NCBI GenBank assembly: GCA_965140415.1
Contig: OZ223209.1
Span: 4,000,001 to 4,064,000 of the forward strand
DNA: 64,000 nucleotides
Source: Myxococcota bacterium
Lineage (GTDB): Bacteria > Myxococcota_A > SURF-8
Reading direction: 5' to 3'
The notes under the pieces are model-generated. The model was not told the origin of the DNA, did not search any database, and saw only the letters and a list, made by a program, of their open reading frames with translations. Shown piece after piece: positions 41,361 to 50,199 of this stretch (positions within the stretch are counted from its first letter, which is position 1; each line of letters starts with the position of its first letter). Position numbers and translations under genes: made by a program.

Positions 41361-42815
41361 TTAAGGGATATATTTCAAGGTGCGCGGTTTGATACAGTCT
41401 TCCTTGCCATCATAGGCAAAGGAAACACGGTTCATTTTCTCTTTGACTTCGAAGCGGTAGTTGTGCAGGAAAATCAACACGCCGGGATGAACTTCCCCAA
41501 TAACGTCCACATGGGCATTCTCACAAGCTTCCATATCGTGAGTTTCCAACCATTCCTCGATTTCTGTAATCATCTGGCGGAATTTCTTGGCTCTGGTCAA
41601 TAGCTTGGCCATTTCCTGCTTCATGCTGGGAGTCAAGTTGGCGCCCTTCTGTTGGGCTTCCAATAACGGTTTGGTCTGCTTGACGAGTTCAATCAACTCT
41701 AGTTTCAAGCGTTTACTTTCGCTTTCCAGAATATCCAGGCTCAATTGAACTTTGTTGCTGAATCCGGCGTAAATCAGCGTGCGTACGCCGCTGGAGGCCC
41801 CCAGGGTACGCGCCACCAATCCATATGAGGCGTAGGTCGCACCGCCCACAATCGGTCCCTGTTTGCACCACAGGCGACCATGACAGTTGGCGATGGCGTG
41901 GAACAATCCCTTGTCGATCTCGCAATCCTGCTCGCAGAAAATTTCCGTCTGATTGACGTATTTCGCTTTTATTTTGTCAACGGCTTCCACTTTAGCGTTT
42001 TCACCGATCAGACCTTCTTTGCAAATCACACGCTTTTTCGCTTTAAGATTGGCACCTTCCGTACTGCCTTGAACCAGGATATCTCCCCCGGCAGTGACAT
42101 CGAAATTCAGAATCACATTCTGCCCGATTTCAATCGATCCGATGAAGTCCAGGCTGTCGCCGGATAGATCGGCCAGGCTGTTGATTCGCAGTGTATCGAT
42201 AACACTCAAGGTCTTGTTGTGAATGGCAAGATAGCCAGCCGTGGTCGAATAGATCTCGCCGTTTTCCTTTTCCACTACCCCTTCGCCGAGTTTGTAAAAA
42301 ACGCCATCGCGAGTACGTTCAATCAACTCCCCGAAAATATCATATATTCGTAATTGGTTTTGGAAGTCATCAGGTGGGAGGCGAACGGCGACGAGTGTTT
42401 CCTTTTCAATATTGAGAATCGGTAACTTCGCTTTTTTCTTCGAACCGTGTTCCTCTTCTTCATACAACTCCTGACGAAATGTCCAAATCGCATCGTCATA
42501 TTGCTTGAACAGAACATCGTAAAGAGGAATCGTATTTTCAAAAGTGTCTATGATTTTTATTGGTTTTTGCTTATCGATTGTCTGGCGGATCAGGTCTTCA
42601 TCTTCCAGCAGTTCCCATTTCACCGCTCCTTTAATGCCGACTTCCTCAAAGAAGGGTTCAATGGCTTCACGAGTAACCGGTTGCTCAAGCAGCAGATAAC
42701 CCTTGATGGCTTCTTCATCGGTGAGCAACTGCGCACCCAGCTCCGCTGCGAGCATGTCGAATTTCTTAATGGAAACCAGACCGTATTTACTTTCTTCTGC
42801 CATGATGTTTGCCAA
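41361..42815 (-). CDS. FapA/DUF342 family protein (start TTG 42815 or ATG 42803)
   Basis: LDFIGSIEI, VTAGGDILVQG, IVGG, LG...RT, coiled coil, VHPGVLI. Confidence 0.8.
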   Translation of the reverse strand: MANIMAEESKYGLVSIKKFDMLAAELGAQLLTDEEAIKGYLLLEQPVTREAIEPFFEEVGIKGAVKWELLEDEDLIRQTIDKQKPIKIIDTFENTIPLYDVLFKQYDDAIWTFRQELYEEEEHGSKKKAKLPILNIEKETLVAVRLPPDDFQNQLRIYDIFGELIERTRDGVFYKLGEGVVEKENGEIYSTTAGYLAIHNKTLSVIDTLRINSLADLSGDSLDFIGSIEIGQNVILNFDVTAGGDILVQGSTEGANLKAKKRVICKEGLIGENAKVEAVDKIKAKYVNQTEIFCEQDCEIDKGLFHAIANCHGRLWCKQGPIVGGATYASYGLVARTLGASSGVRTLIYAGFSNKVQLSLDILESESKRLKLELIELVKQTKPLLEAQQKGANLTPSMKQEMAKLLTRAKKFRQMITEIEEWLETHDMEACENAHVDVIGEVHPGVLIFLHNYRFEVKEKMNRVSFAYDGKEDCIKPRTLKYIP

Positions 42816-43046
42816 CCTGGTTATTGTACAATAAACTCATAATAGCACTAGAAATTCATAATAATTTTATAATATATTACTAAAATTGTCAAATATTACA
42901 TATCAATTTCGTAAATATCTACAGATCTGTTTCTGTCAGGAAACACTGGCACTGGCAAAGCGGAGCCAGAAGCCAATCTGTCAATTGGGAACTGACTGCA
43001 ATGGATAGAGAAGGATTCTGTAAAAACAGGAATGCAGCAGGAACGA

Positions 43047-43769
43047 CTACTCGTCGCGAAAACGCATTTTCAACACACCGAGCATGGCTTCGACAAAGAT
43101 TTTCTTGCTCATTTTGGATTGTCCGCGTACCCGGTCGGGAAAGACAATCGGTTTTTCAATCAGTTTTAGCCCGGCGTTATAGCAGCGATACTTGATTTCG
43201 ATCTGAAAACCGTAGCCGGAGGTTTCCAGGTTTTCCAATCCGATCGTCGCCAGGGCTTCCCTGCGGAACCCGTTGAAACCACCGGTTAAATCCTGAATGG
43301 GCGCTCCAAGTATCGTGCGGGCATAGAAACTGCCACCCCAGGAGAGGAAACGCCGGAAAGCCGACCAGTTCTCCACGCCACCACCACTCACGCGCCGCGA
43401 TCCGATGACGACGTCATATTCTTTCAAGGCTTCGACAAACTCAGGTAAATACTTGGGATTATGCGAGAAATCGGCGTCGAACTCGAAAATGTAACGGTAG
43501 TCGCGCGCCAAGGCCCATTCGAATCCGGCCAGATAAGCGCGTCCCAGTCCCTCCTTGGCGGTGCGATGCAACACCTTTACCCGCTGATCCTTTTCTGCAA
43601 GTGCATCGGCAAGTTGTCCGGTGCCGTCCGGGGAATTGTCATCGATGATCAGGATGTTTGCCAGAGCAACCTGCTCCAACACGGCTGGAACGATTTTTTC
43701 AATATTTTCTTTCTCGTTATAGGTCGGGATGCAAATCAGCGCGCCCGCCCCATTCTGCGCATTACTCAT
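43047..43769 (-). CDS. Polyprenol monophosphomannose synthase (GT2)
   Basis: IPTYNEKEN, DDNSPDGTG, GLGRAY, DADFSH, DLTGGF, GYGFQIE. Confidence 0.92.
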   Translation of the reverse strand: MSNAQNGAGALICIPTYNEKENIEKIVPAVLEQVALANILIIDDNSPDGTGQLADALAEKDQRVKVLHRTAKEGLGRAYLAGFEWALARDYRYIFEFDADFSHNPKYLPEFVEALKEYDVVIGSRRVSGGGVENWSAFRRFLSWGGSFYARTILGAPIQDLTGGFNGFRREALATIGLENLETSGYGFQIEIKYRCYNAGLKLIEKPIVFPDRVRGQSKMSKKIFVEAMLGVLKMRFRDE

Positions 43770-44346
43770 GGCTTGCTTCCTCGGTTCGCTTTGTTTTCCA
43801 AGTCCAATGATAGTTTATCAAAAAGTTCCAGAAGGTGGCAACACCAATACCGATCAACTGGGAGCCGTATTTTAAAAGCCCTACATCGGGTGGCTGCAAG
43901 ATCGGATGAACGATCCATTTCTGCCAGAATCCCACTGCATTTCCGTGATATTGCATCTGACCGAAATCGTTGAAGATCAGGAAGAACCACAGCAGGTTCA
44001 GGCTAACGAAGACCGTCCACTGTCCCAGCGCGCCGATCAATGAGACCAGGTGAAAGCGAGCCCCGCGCGACAGCGTCGAAGAAGTTCCCTCGCGCCGATC
44101 CTTGAAGGTCCACCATTCATTGATGATGAAATTGCTGATAATGGAAATCTCGATCGCCAGTGCGCTGGCGAAATTGGTTTGAAGCTTCATCAAATCGGCA
44201 AACAGCGCCAGAAAGCCGAGATTGACCACCACACCGGAAAGTCCTACCGTACAGAACTTCAAGAAACGGGTCGAATAAAACGGGCGCAGATTTTTGATCA
44301 AACGGGCGACCACGCACGGTCCTTTCAAGTATGGATCACGAATCAT
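43762..44346 (-). CDS. GtrA family flippase-like protein
   Basis: FLKFCTVGLSGVVVN, NFIINEWWTF, WNFLINYHWTW. Confidence 0.88.
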   Translation of the reverse strand: MIRDPYLKGPCVVARLIKNLRPFYSTRFLKFCTVGLSGVVVNLGFLALFADLMKLQTNFASALAIEISIISNFIINEWWTFKDRREGTSSTLSRGARFHLVSLIGALGQWTVFVSLNLLWFFLIFNDFGQMQYHGNAVGFWQKWIVHPILQPPDVGLLKYGSQLIGIGVATFWNFLINYHWTWKTKRTEEASHE

Positions 44347-44406
44347 CTACACGAAAGAACGCCCACAGTACGAACCATGGAACGGATTGTCAAGATTTTC
44401 GGCGCA

Positions 44407-45273
44407 TTATTGGAGCACGGCTCCAATGTATCGATCCGGATTCACCGCTTTGCCCCGCTCGGTAATCTTGAAGTGCAGATGGGGTCCCGTGGCGCGACCG
44501 CTAGCCCCCATCAGGCCGATAGGCTGCCCGCGTTCGACGTATACGCCGCGCACCGTGAGAATTTCCTTTAAGTGGCAGTAAAAGCTTTTATAACCGTTTT
44601 CATGCACCAATACAACCAGTCGCCCTGCACGGCCTTTGTAGCCGGTGTAGATCACCCGTCCTCTCTCGGCGGCGTAGATCAACGTCCCGCTGGGACCGGC
44701 CAGATCGATTCCGTCGTGGAAAGACGGCATCCGGGTGAACGGGTCCAGCCGTCGCCCGAAAGGCGAGGTAATGGCAACATCGCTGACCGGCCAGATGAAC
44801 TGGAAAGGCCGTATCGTCGGCTTGTGTTCCTCGTCGTAAACGGGCACCTCGACGATCGAAACGACTTTAGGCTCCTGTACCTCCACAATGGCTTTATCGA
44901 TGCGATGGGTCAAGCGCCGCAGGTCGTATTCCAGATCCTTGGGAAAGGAACGATACAGGTGAAAGGCATCGGCGATCAGCGTATTCAAGCGCCGCTTCAA
45001 GCCGAAGAGTTGAGTAAGTGTGATGCCGCCCCAATCCAGTTCGTGGTCCAGGCGCTGCTCGATGCTCAACGTCATCGACACCCAGTGAGAGGCTTCCACG
45101 GCGCTCATCTCGCGCAGCAAGGCGTAATCCTGCCCCACGTCCACAACTTCTTCCATGATTTCAACGGTCTCTTCGTCGCTGTCCGGTTTGACGGAATGCG
45201 GCGCACAGCCGCCTTGTCCAAGCGACACAACCAGCGCACCCAAAACTGCCAACCACATCCATCGAACTGTCAT
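44407..45273 (-). CDS. M23 family metallopeptidase
   Basis: FIWPV, ITSPFGRR, HDGID, YCHL, TGPHLHF. Confidence 0.92.
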   Translation of the reverse strand: MTVRWMWLAVLGALVVSLGQGGCAPHSVKPDSDEETVEIMEEVVDVGQDYALLREMSAVEASHWVSMTLSIEQRLDHELDWGGITLTQLFGLKRRLNTLIADAFHLYRSFPKDLEYDLRRLTHRIDKAIVEVQEPKVVSIVEVPVYDEEHKPTIRPFQFIWPVSDVAITSPFGRRLDPFTRMPSFHDGIDLAGPSGTLIYAAERGRVIYTGYKGRAGRLVVLVHENGYKSFYCHLKEILTVRGVYVERGQPIGLMGASGRATGPHLHFKITERGKAVNPDRYIGAVLQ

Positions 45274-45282
45274 GCGCGTAGT

Positions 45283-46530
45283 CTAACTTGAGAAATTGAT
45301 TTCCGCAATGCGTCGACGCGATTCGCTGAAAGCCTGGCTGGTTTCCCGCAATCGGGTAGACATGACCTGAACGAAACTCAGCAGAATTTTTACGGAAAGG
45401 TGAGCTTCCTGGTGAAGCAGATTGTAAAAGTCGTTGCGCTCGATCACGAGCAGGTCGCAGTCTTTTGCGGCGCGTACGGTGGCGGAACGCACGGAATTAT
45501 CGATCAGCGCCATTTCTCCGAAGTGCTTGCCCCGATCCAGGGTGGTCAGCAAAATGTTGTCCTTGATGACATCAGCCGAACCGCGCACGAGGATATACAT
45601 ACGGTCACCGGCTTCCTTTTCGCGGATGATGATGTCGCCTTTTTTGCGGTGTTCGATCTGAACGATGTTCAGGGTTTTGACCAGTTCGGAATAGTTCAGC
45701 CGTTCGAATAAGGGAATCTGACGCAAGGCTTCCAGTTTGCGATTGACCTGGATGTCGCCCTCCGAAAGCGGCAGATCCGGCACTTCCACCGTAACGGCGG
45801 TGATGTTGTCCTTGCCTCCGCGACTGTTGGCCAACTCGACCAGGCGGCGGGTGATATCCTGAAGACTCTGCTGGTCAAACATCGATTGGATCTCCTCATC
45901 GGGCAAATATTCGTACAGGCCATCCGAACAGAGCAGGAAACGGTCGGCGGGGGCGACTTCCACATGCATCGTATCCACCGACACGCTTTGCAATAGCCCC
46001 ACTCCGCGCGTGATCACGTGCTTGTATGGAAACGCCTTGATCTCTTCCGGGGTCAATAGACCCTTTTTGATCTGATCCTGCACCAGGGTGTGGTCTTCGG
46101 TGACGTGATGCAGTTGACCGTCGCGAATCAGGTAGATGCGGCTGTCGCCGACGTGCGCGATAAACGCGGATTTGTCGATCAATAACAGCAGGCTCAGCGT
46201 GGTTCCCATGCCCTGCTTGCCCGCTTCCGTTTCGCCCAGCTCATGGATCTTCTGGCTGGCTTTCTGCACGGCCTCTTCCAGCATCCACAGAATCTGGCGA
46301 CGCAGATCGGTCGTCGGACCGTGGCGGTAGGTTTCCAACAGTTTTTGGCGACGATACACCTCGGCGGAAACGACGTCCGTGGCCATGCGGCTGGCGACCT
46401 CACCGGCCTGATGTCCGCCCATGCCGTCGGCCACGACGAACAGGCCCAGCCTCTGGTTGTCTAGAAAGCTGTCTTCGTTGTGCGGGCGTACCTGACCGAC
46501 TTCGCTGAGTCCGTACGATTGTAATTTCAT
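45283..46530 (-). CDS. PP2C Ser/Thr phosphatase fused to a cNMP-binding domain
   Basis: NED, VADGMGG, HVGDSR, CSDGL, DN; C-terminal FGEMAL...RSATV. Confidence 0.93.
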   Translation of the reverse strand: MKLQSYGLSEVGQVRPHNEDSFLDNQRLGLFVVADGMGGHQAGEVASRMATDVVSAEVYRRQKLLETYRHGPTTDLRRQILWMLEEAVQKASQKIHELGETEAGKQGMGTTLSLLLLIDKSAFIAHVGDSRIYLIRDGQLHHVTEDHTLVQDQIKKGLLTPEEIKAFPYKHVITRGVGLLQSVSVDTMHVEVAPADRFLLCSDGLYEYLPDEEIQSMFDQQSLQDITRRLVELANSRGGKDNITAVTVEVPDLPLSEGDIQVNRKLEALRQIPLFERLNYSELVKTLNIVQIEHRKKGDIIIREKEAGDRMYILVRGSADVIKDNILLTTLDRGKHFGEMALIDNSVRSATVRAAKDCDLLVIERNDFYNLLHQEAHLSVKILLSFVQVMSTRLRETSQAFSESRRRIAEINFSS

Positions 46531-46636
46531 CCTGTAACCTTCGACTTTTAAAGTTACACTAAATATAGTATAATTAGTATATCACTATAAGGAAAAAGAA
46601 ACAAGAGTTTTGATGGCGGGAAATTCGGGGAAAACC

Positions 46637-46664
46637 GTAGGTCGGATTAAATTTTAATCCGACA
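46637..46664 (+). repeat. REP (GTAG family)
   Basis: GTAG-GTCGGATTA-AATTT-TAATCCGAC-A. Confidence 0.9.
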
Positions 46665-46706
46665 TTTCCATTGTATTTCCTCCGGCATTTGACGTAGTAT
46701 TAATAC

Positions 46707-47213
46707 ATGAAATCATTGAAGCGCTATTTTGTTAAGGGAGGGTTGTATTTTTTTACGGTCGTGTCACATAATCGCCAACCGAATTTTTGCGACACGACTT
46801 TTCGTGCTGCCCTGCGCTCATCAATCGAGCGTGTTCGAGTGCAGCATCCTTTCAATATTATAGCTTGGGTGCTGCTGCCAGATCACCTTCACTGTATCTG
46901 GACGCTTCCGCAGGACGATGCCAAGTATTCCATAAGATGGAGTTTGATAAAGAGGAGTGTTTCTTTTCAATTAAGAGATTCCGATTGGTTTCGAACAAGT
47001 GGACGATTGTGGCAAAATCGGTTTTGGGAGCACAGTATCCGTAATGAAGTGGATCTAGAAAAGCATTTCGATTACGTTCATTTCAATCCGGTTAAACATG
47101 GTCTGGCCGAAAAGCCATCCGATTGGGAATGGTCAACATATCATCGGTATGCGAAAATCGGGTATTACACGGATATCAAAGGACCGAAAGATGTGGATGT
47201 GGGGCGCGAATAA
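46707..47213 (+). CDS. rayT: REP-associated tyrosine transposase (RAYT, Y1 HUH)
   Basis: YFFTV, LPDHLHCIWTLP, WQNRFWEH.IR, YVHFNPVKHGL, W.WS. Confidence 0.93.
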   Translation: MKSLKRYFVKGGLYFFTVVSHNRQPNFCDTTFRAALRSSIERVRVQHPFNIIAWVLLPDHLHCIWTLPQDDAKYSIRWSLIKRSVSFQLRDSDWFRTSGRLWQNRFWEHSIRNEVDLEKHFDYVHFNPVKHGLAEKPSDWEWSTYHRYAKIGYYTDIKGPKDVDVGRE

Positions 47214-47219
47214 AGAAAT

Positions 47220-47247
47220 TGTCGGATTAAAATTTAATCCGACCTAC
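47220..47247 (-). repeat. REP (GTAG family), exact reverse complement of 46637-46664
   Basis: TGTCGGATTAAAATTTAATCCGACCTAC. Confidence 0.9.
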
Positions 47248-47340
47248 AAAGCTAAGATATTTGTTCTACCACCCCCCCCATAACCAAAACGACCCGATCT
47301 GTATAGACCGGGCCGCTGTGTTTGGATTCTTTTAAAAAGA

Positions 47341-48045
47341 TCAGAGCTGGCCGCGCTCGATGTACGCCCGGATGCGATTGCCGCCGCCCCGGCGTGCTTC
47401 TTCCATGGCGCTTTCCGCTTTGCGCACCATGCGGTCTACGTTGTCCGGTTCGTCCAGCGAGGCGACCCCGATAGACAGGCCCAGCTCGCCGCCGTAGTTG
47501 TTGAAAAAGCTTTCGCGAATACGCTCGCTGATGATGCGCCCCTGCATGCGATCCGTTTCCGGCAGGATTAACGCAAATTCATCGTTTCCGAAACGGAAGG
47601 CGGTGTCGTATTTACGGGTGGCCGAGCGGATCAGGTCGCCCAGGTAACGCAGTACGCGGTCGCCTTCGCGCAGGCCGTGATTCTGGTTGTAACGATGGAA
47701 GTAGTCGATATCCAGGTACAGAATCGAAAGGTTGTGCGAACGGCGCTTGGAGCGGTCGATTTCGGCTTCCAGCGTACGGAAAAAGTGCTGGGAGTTGAAC
47801 AGCAGGGAGAGCGAGTCGGTAATGGTCGCCTTGATGATTTCCTGTTTGTGCACCTTGCGGACCATTTTCCAGAACTGCAACAGCAGGGTGAAAAACAGCA
47901 CGATCAGTATGTACTCGATCCAGTTGCCGGTATTGACACTCAGCGTTTTGAAATCGATGTTGCTTAATACAAACAGCACGGCGAATACCGCCATCAATAA
48001 CAACAGCGTCCGGGTCAGTTTCTGTTGAGAGGTTTTTTCTCCCAT
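47341..48045 (-). CDS. Membrane GGDEF-domain protein with variant GNDEF motif
   Basis: Two TMs, DIDYF..YN, GD, RKYD I-site, RFGNDEF. Confidence 0.88.
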   Translation of the reverse strand: MGEKTSQQKLTRTLLLLMAVFAVLFVLSNIDFKTLSVNTGNWIEYILIVLFFTLLLQFWKMVRKVHKQEIIKATITDSLSLLFNSQHFFRTLEAEIDRSKRRSHNLSILYLDIDYFHRYNQNHGLREGDRVLRYLGDLIRSATRKYDTAFRFGNDEFALILPETDRMQGRIISERIRESFFNNYGGELGLSIGVASLDEPDNVDRMVRKAESAMEEARRGGGNRIRAYIERGQL

Positions 48046-48067
48046 GCCTGTCTCCTTGCGTCTGTTT

Positions 48068-48994
48068 CTATCGCGTCGGAATCTCGAAATCGCTCCATTG
48101 CGTCTGTTCACCGAAGGCCCGAATGCGCTGTGACAATTGCTCTGCGGTCAGACCGGTGAGCCGGTCCACGGAAAAATCCTCGACCGTAAAGGAAGCCATC
48201 ACCGTGCCGGTGACGATCGCCTGCTTGATCTGCTCCCAGCCGATGGTTTCACAGCCGGAGAGATAGCCCATCATGCCTCCCGCGAAGCTGTCGCCCGCGC
48301 CGGTCGGATCGGAAACGTTCTGCACCGGGAAAGCGGGCAGCAGGAAGCTTTTGCCCTCGGCAAACAGCGCGCAGCCGAATTCGCCGCGCTTGACGATCAG
48401 ATATTTCGGCCCCATGGCCAGAATTTCGGGCGCAGCCTGGTGAATGTTGCGCTTGCCGGTCAGCAAAAAGGATTCTTCGTCGTTGATGACCAACAGGTCC
48501 ACCCGTTTCATCACCGCATCCAGATCCTCGCGGGCGGTGTTGATCCACAGGTTCATCGTATCGCAGGCCACGAAGCGCGTGTTTTCCATCTGGTCCAGCA
48601 CGTCGGTCTGTAATGCCGGCATGATATTGGCCAGAAACAGATCCGTGGTTTTGCGGTACTGCTCGTTCAACTGCGGCTGGAATTTCTCGAACACGTTCAA
48701 GTGGGTTTCCAGCGTCGTGCGCTCCACGAAATCGTCGGAATACACACCCGACCAGCGGAAGGTCTCCCCGCCTGCCACGCGCTGCAAACCGGTGGTGTCC
48801 GCGCCGTGTCGATTCAACAGGTCGATATGTTCCTGTTTGAAGTCCTCACCGACGACCGCCACGATGCGCACGCCCGACATCAACGAGGCTGCCAGGCTGA
48901 AATAGGTGGCCGAGCCGCCCAGAATGTCCACGCGGGATTCCGCAGCGGTTTTGATGGAATCGTAAGCAACCGATCCAACTACCAATACACTCAT
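48068..48994 (-). CDS. PfkB family sugar/nucleoside kinase
   Basis: VVGSVAYD, GGSATY, NDEE, DPTGAGDSFAGG. Confidence 0.92.
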   Translation of the reverse strand: MSVLVVGSVAYDSIKTAAESRVDILGGSATYFSLAASLMSGVRIVAVVGEDFKQEHIDLLNRHGADTTGLQRVAGGETFRWSGVYSDDFVERTTLETHLNVFEKFQPQLNEQYRKTTDLFLANIMPALQTDVLDQMENTRFVACDTMNLWINTAREDLDAVMKRVDLLVINDEESFLLTGKRNIHQAAPEILAMGPKYLIVKRGEFGCALFAEGKSFLLPAFPVQNVSDPTGAGDSFAGGMMGYLSGCETIGWEQIKQAIVTGTVMASFTVEDFSVDRLTGLTAEQLSQRIRAFGEQTQWSDFEIPTR

Positions 48995-48997
48995 AGC

Positions 48998-49870
48998 TTA
49001 TCCCTTCCACAAGCGCCCGGCGATCACATCCAGGCGGTTCTTTTCCTCTTCGGAAACAAGGCTCATATCCGTGAGCACGGCGCCACTTAACGCCTGCGAA
49101 CAGGCACAGTTGCGCGTTTGTTCCATATCAATATTCTTAACGGCCAATTTCAGAATTTCTTGAGCGATTTTAACATTTTGAGCAAAAGTCGCCACAATTT
49201 TCTCCGCAGAAAAGGCTTCTTCGGACTCGTGCCAGCAATCGTAATCCGTAATCATGGCGATGGTCGCATAGCAGATTTCCGCTTCGCGAGCGAGCTTGGC
49301 CTCGGTCAGATTCGTCATGCCGATGACGTCCGCCTGCCAGTTGCGGTAAATGTGCGATTCGGCTTTCGTGGAAAGCTGCGGTCCTTCGATGCACACATAA
49401 CTTCCGCCTTTGTGAGCCTGTGCACCGGCCTGCACGGCGGCGTCGTAAAGAATGTCTGCCAGCTCACCGCAGATCGGCTCGGCAAAGAGGATGTGCCCCA
49501 CGATGGAGCCGTCGAAAAAGGTGTGCTTACGCTGCCGGGTGCGGTCGATAAACTGATCCACCACCACGATATGTCCCGGATGATACTGTTCTTTCAAGCT
49601 TCCCACCGCCGAAACGGAAAGAATCTGCTCGACGCCCAGTTGCTTCATGCCGTGGATATTGGCGCGATAGTTGACGTGCGGCGCGCTGATCACGTGCCCG
49701 CGACCGTGACGCGGTAAAAACACCACGGATTTGCCGAACATCTCACCCAGTACGTATTCGTCGGACGGATCGCCGAACGGGGTTTGCAGACGCCGCGTTT
49801 CCTGCGCCTGAAAGCCTTCCATCTGATATAATCCGCTGCCTCCGATTATTCCAATGCGGCCCTTGGCCAT
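48998..49870 (-). CDS. mtnP: S-methyl-5'-thioadenosine phosphorylase
   Basis: GIIGGSG, PRHGRGH, EGPQLSTKAES, GMT, EAKLAREAE, TDYDCW. Confidence 0.93.
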   Translation of the reverse strand: MAKGRIGIIGGSGLYQMEGFQAQETRRLQTPFGDPSDEYVLGEMFGKSVVFLPRHGRGHVISAPHVNYRANIHGMKQLGVEQILSVSAVGSLKEQYHPGHIVVVDQFIDRTRQRKHTFFDGSIVGHILFAEPICGELADILYDAAVQAGAQAHKGGSYVCIEGPQLSTKAESHIYRNWQADVIGMTNLTEAKLAREAEICYATIAMITDYDCWHESEEAFSAEKIVATFAQNVKIAQEILKLAVKNIDMEQTRNCACSQALSGAVLTDMSLVSEEEKNRLDVIAGRLWKG

Positions 49871-50199
49871 AAGCACCTCCAAAGCTTGTACATGAATGGA
49901 ACGAACTTGTCGCTGCTAGACTAGGTATTAATCATTTTTAGCCACAGATCCTGTGATTTTGTGCCATCGTCTTACGCGATCGAAGATCGTGGAAGGCTGT
50001 GTGTCTTCAATAAGTTACACACGGCCTCCCGGAATTTCCATTCCGTGAGACCATGGCACATCATGATTACTCGATGGACAGAAATGAGTAATAACTCCTC
50101 TAGAATGTCAACTGCTGTAATTTACCGCAGTTTACCAATCCATCCAAGAAATTTCACGGACGCCATACGCTCGCATCCGATCTCATGTTTTTCACTGAT

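Larger units (their letters stand above)
46637..47247 (+). mobile_element. Minimal REPtron: RAYT gene between two inverted REPs
   Basis: Perfect 28-bp inverted pair starting GTAG, flanking an HUH transposase. Confidence 0.85.

Noticed and set aside
42945-42962. Plus-strand TGGCAC-N-GC sigma54-like spacing
   Set aside because: Lacks TTGC and points into the 3' end of an opposite-strand gene
49991-50030. GTCTTCAA loop suggesting tRNA-Sec
   Set aside because: No 7-nt anticodon loop, TTC T-loop or acceptor end
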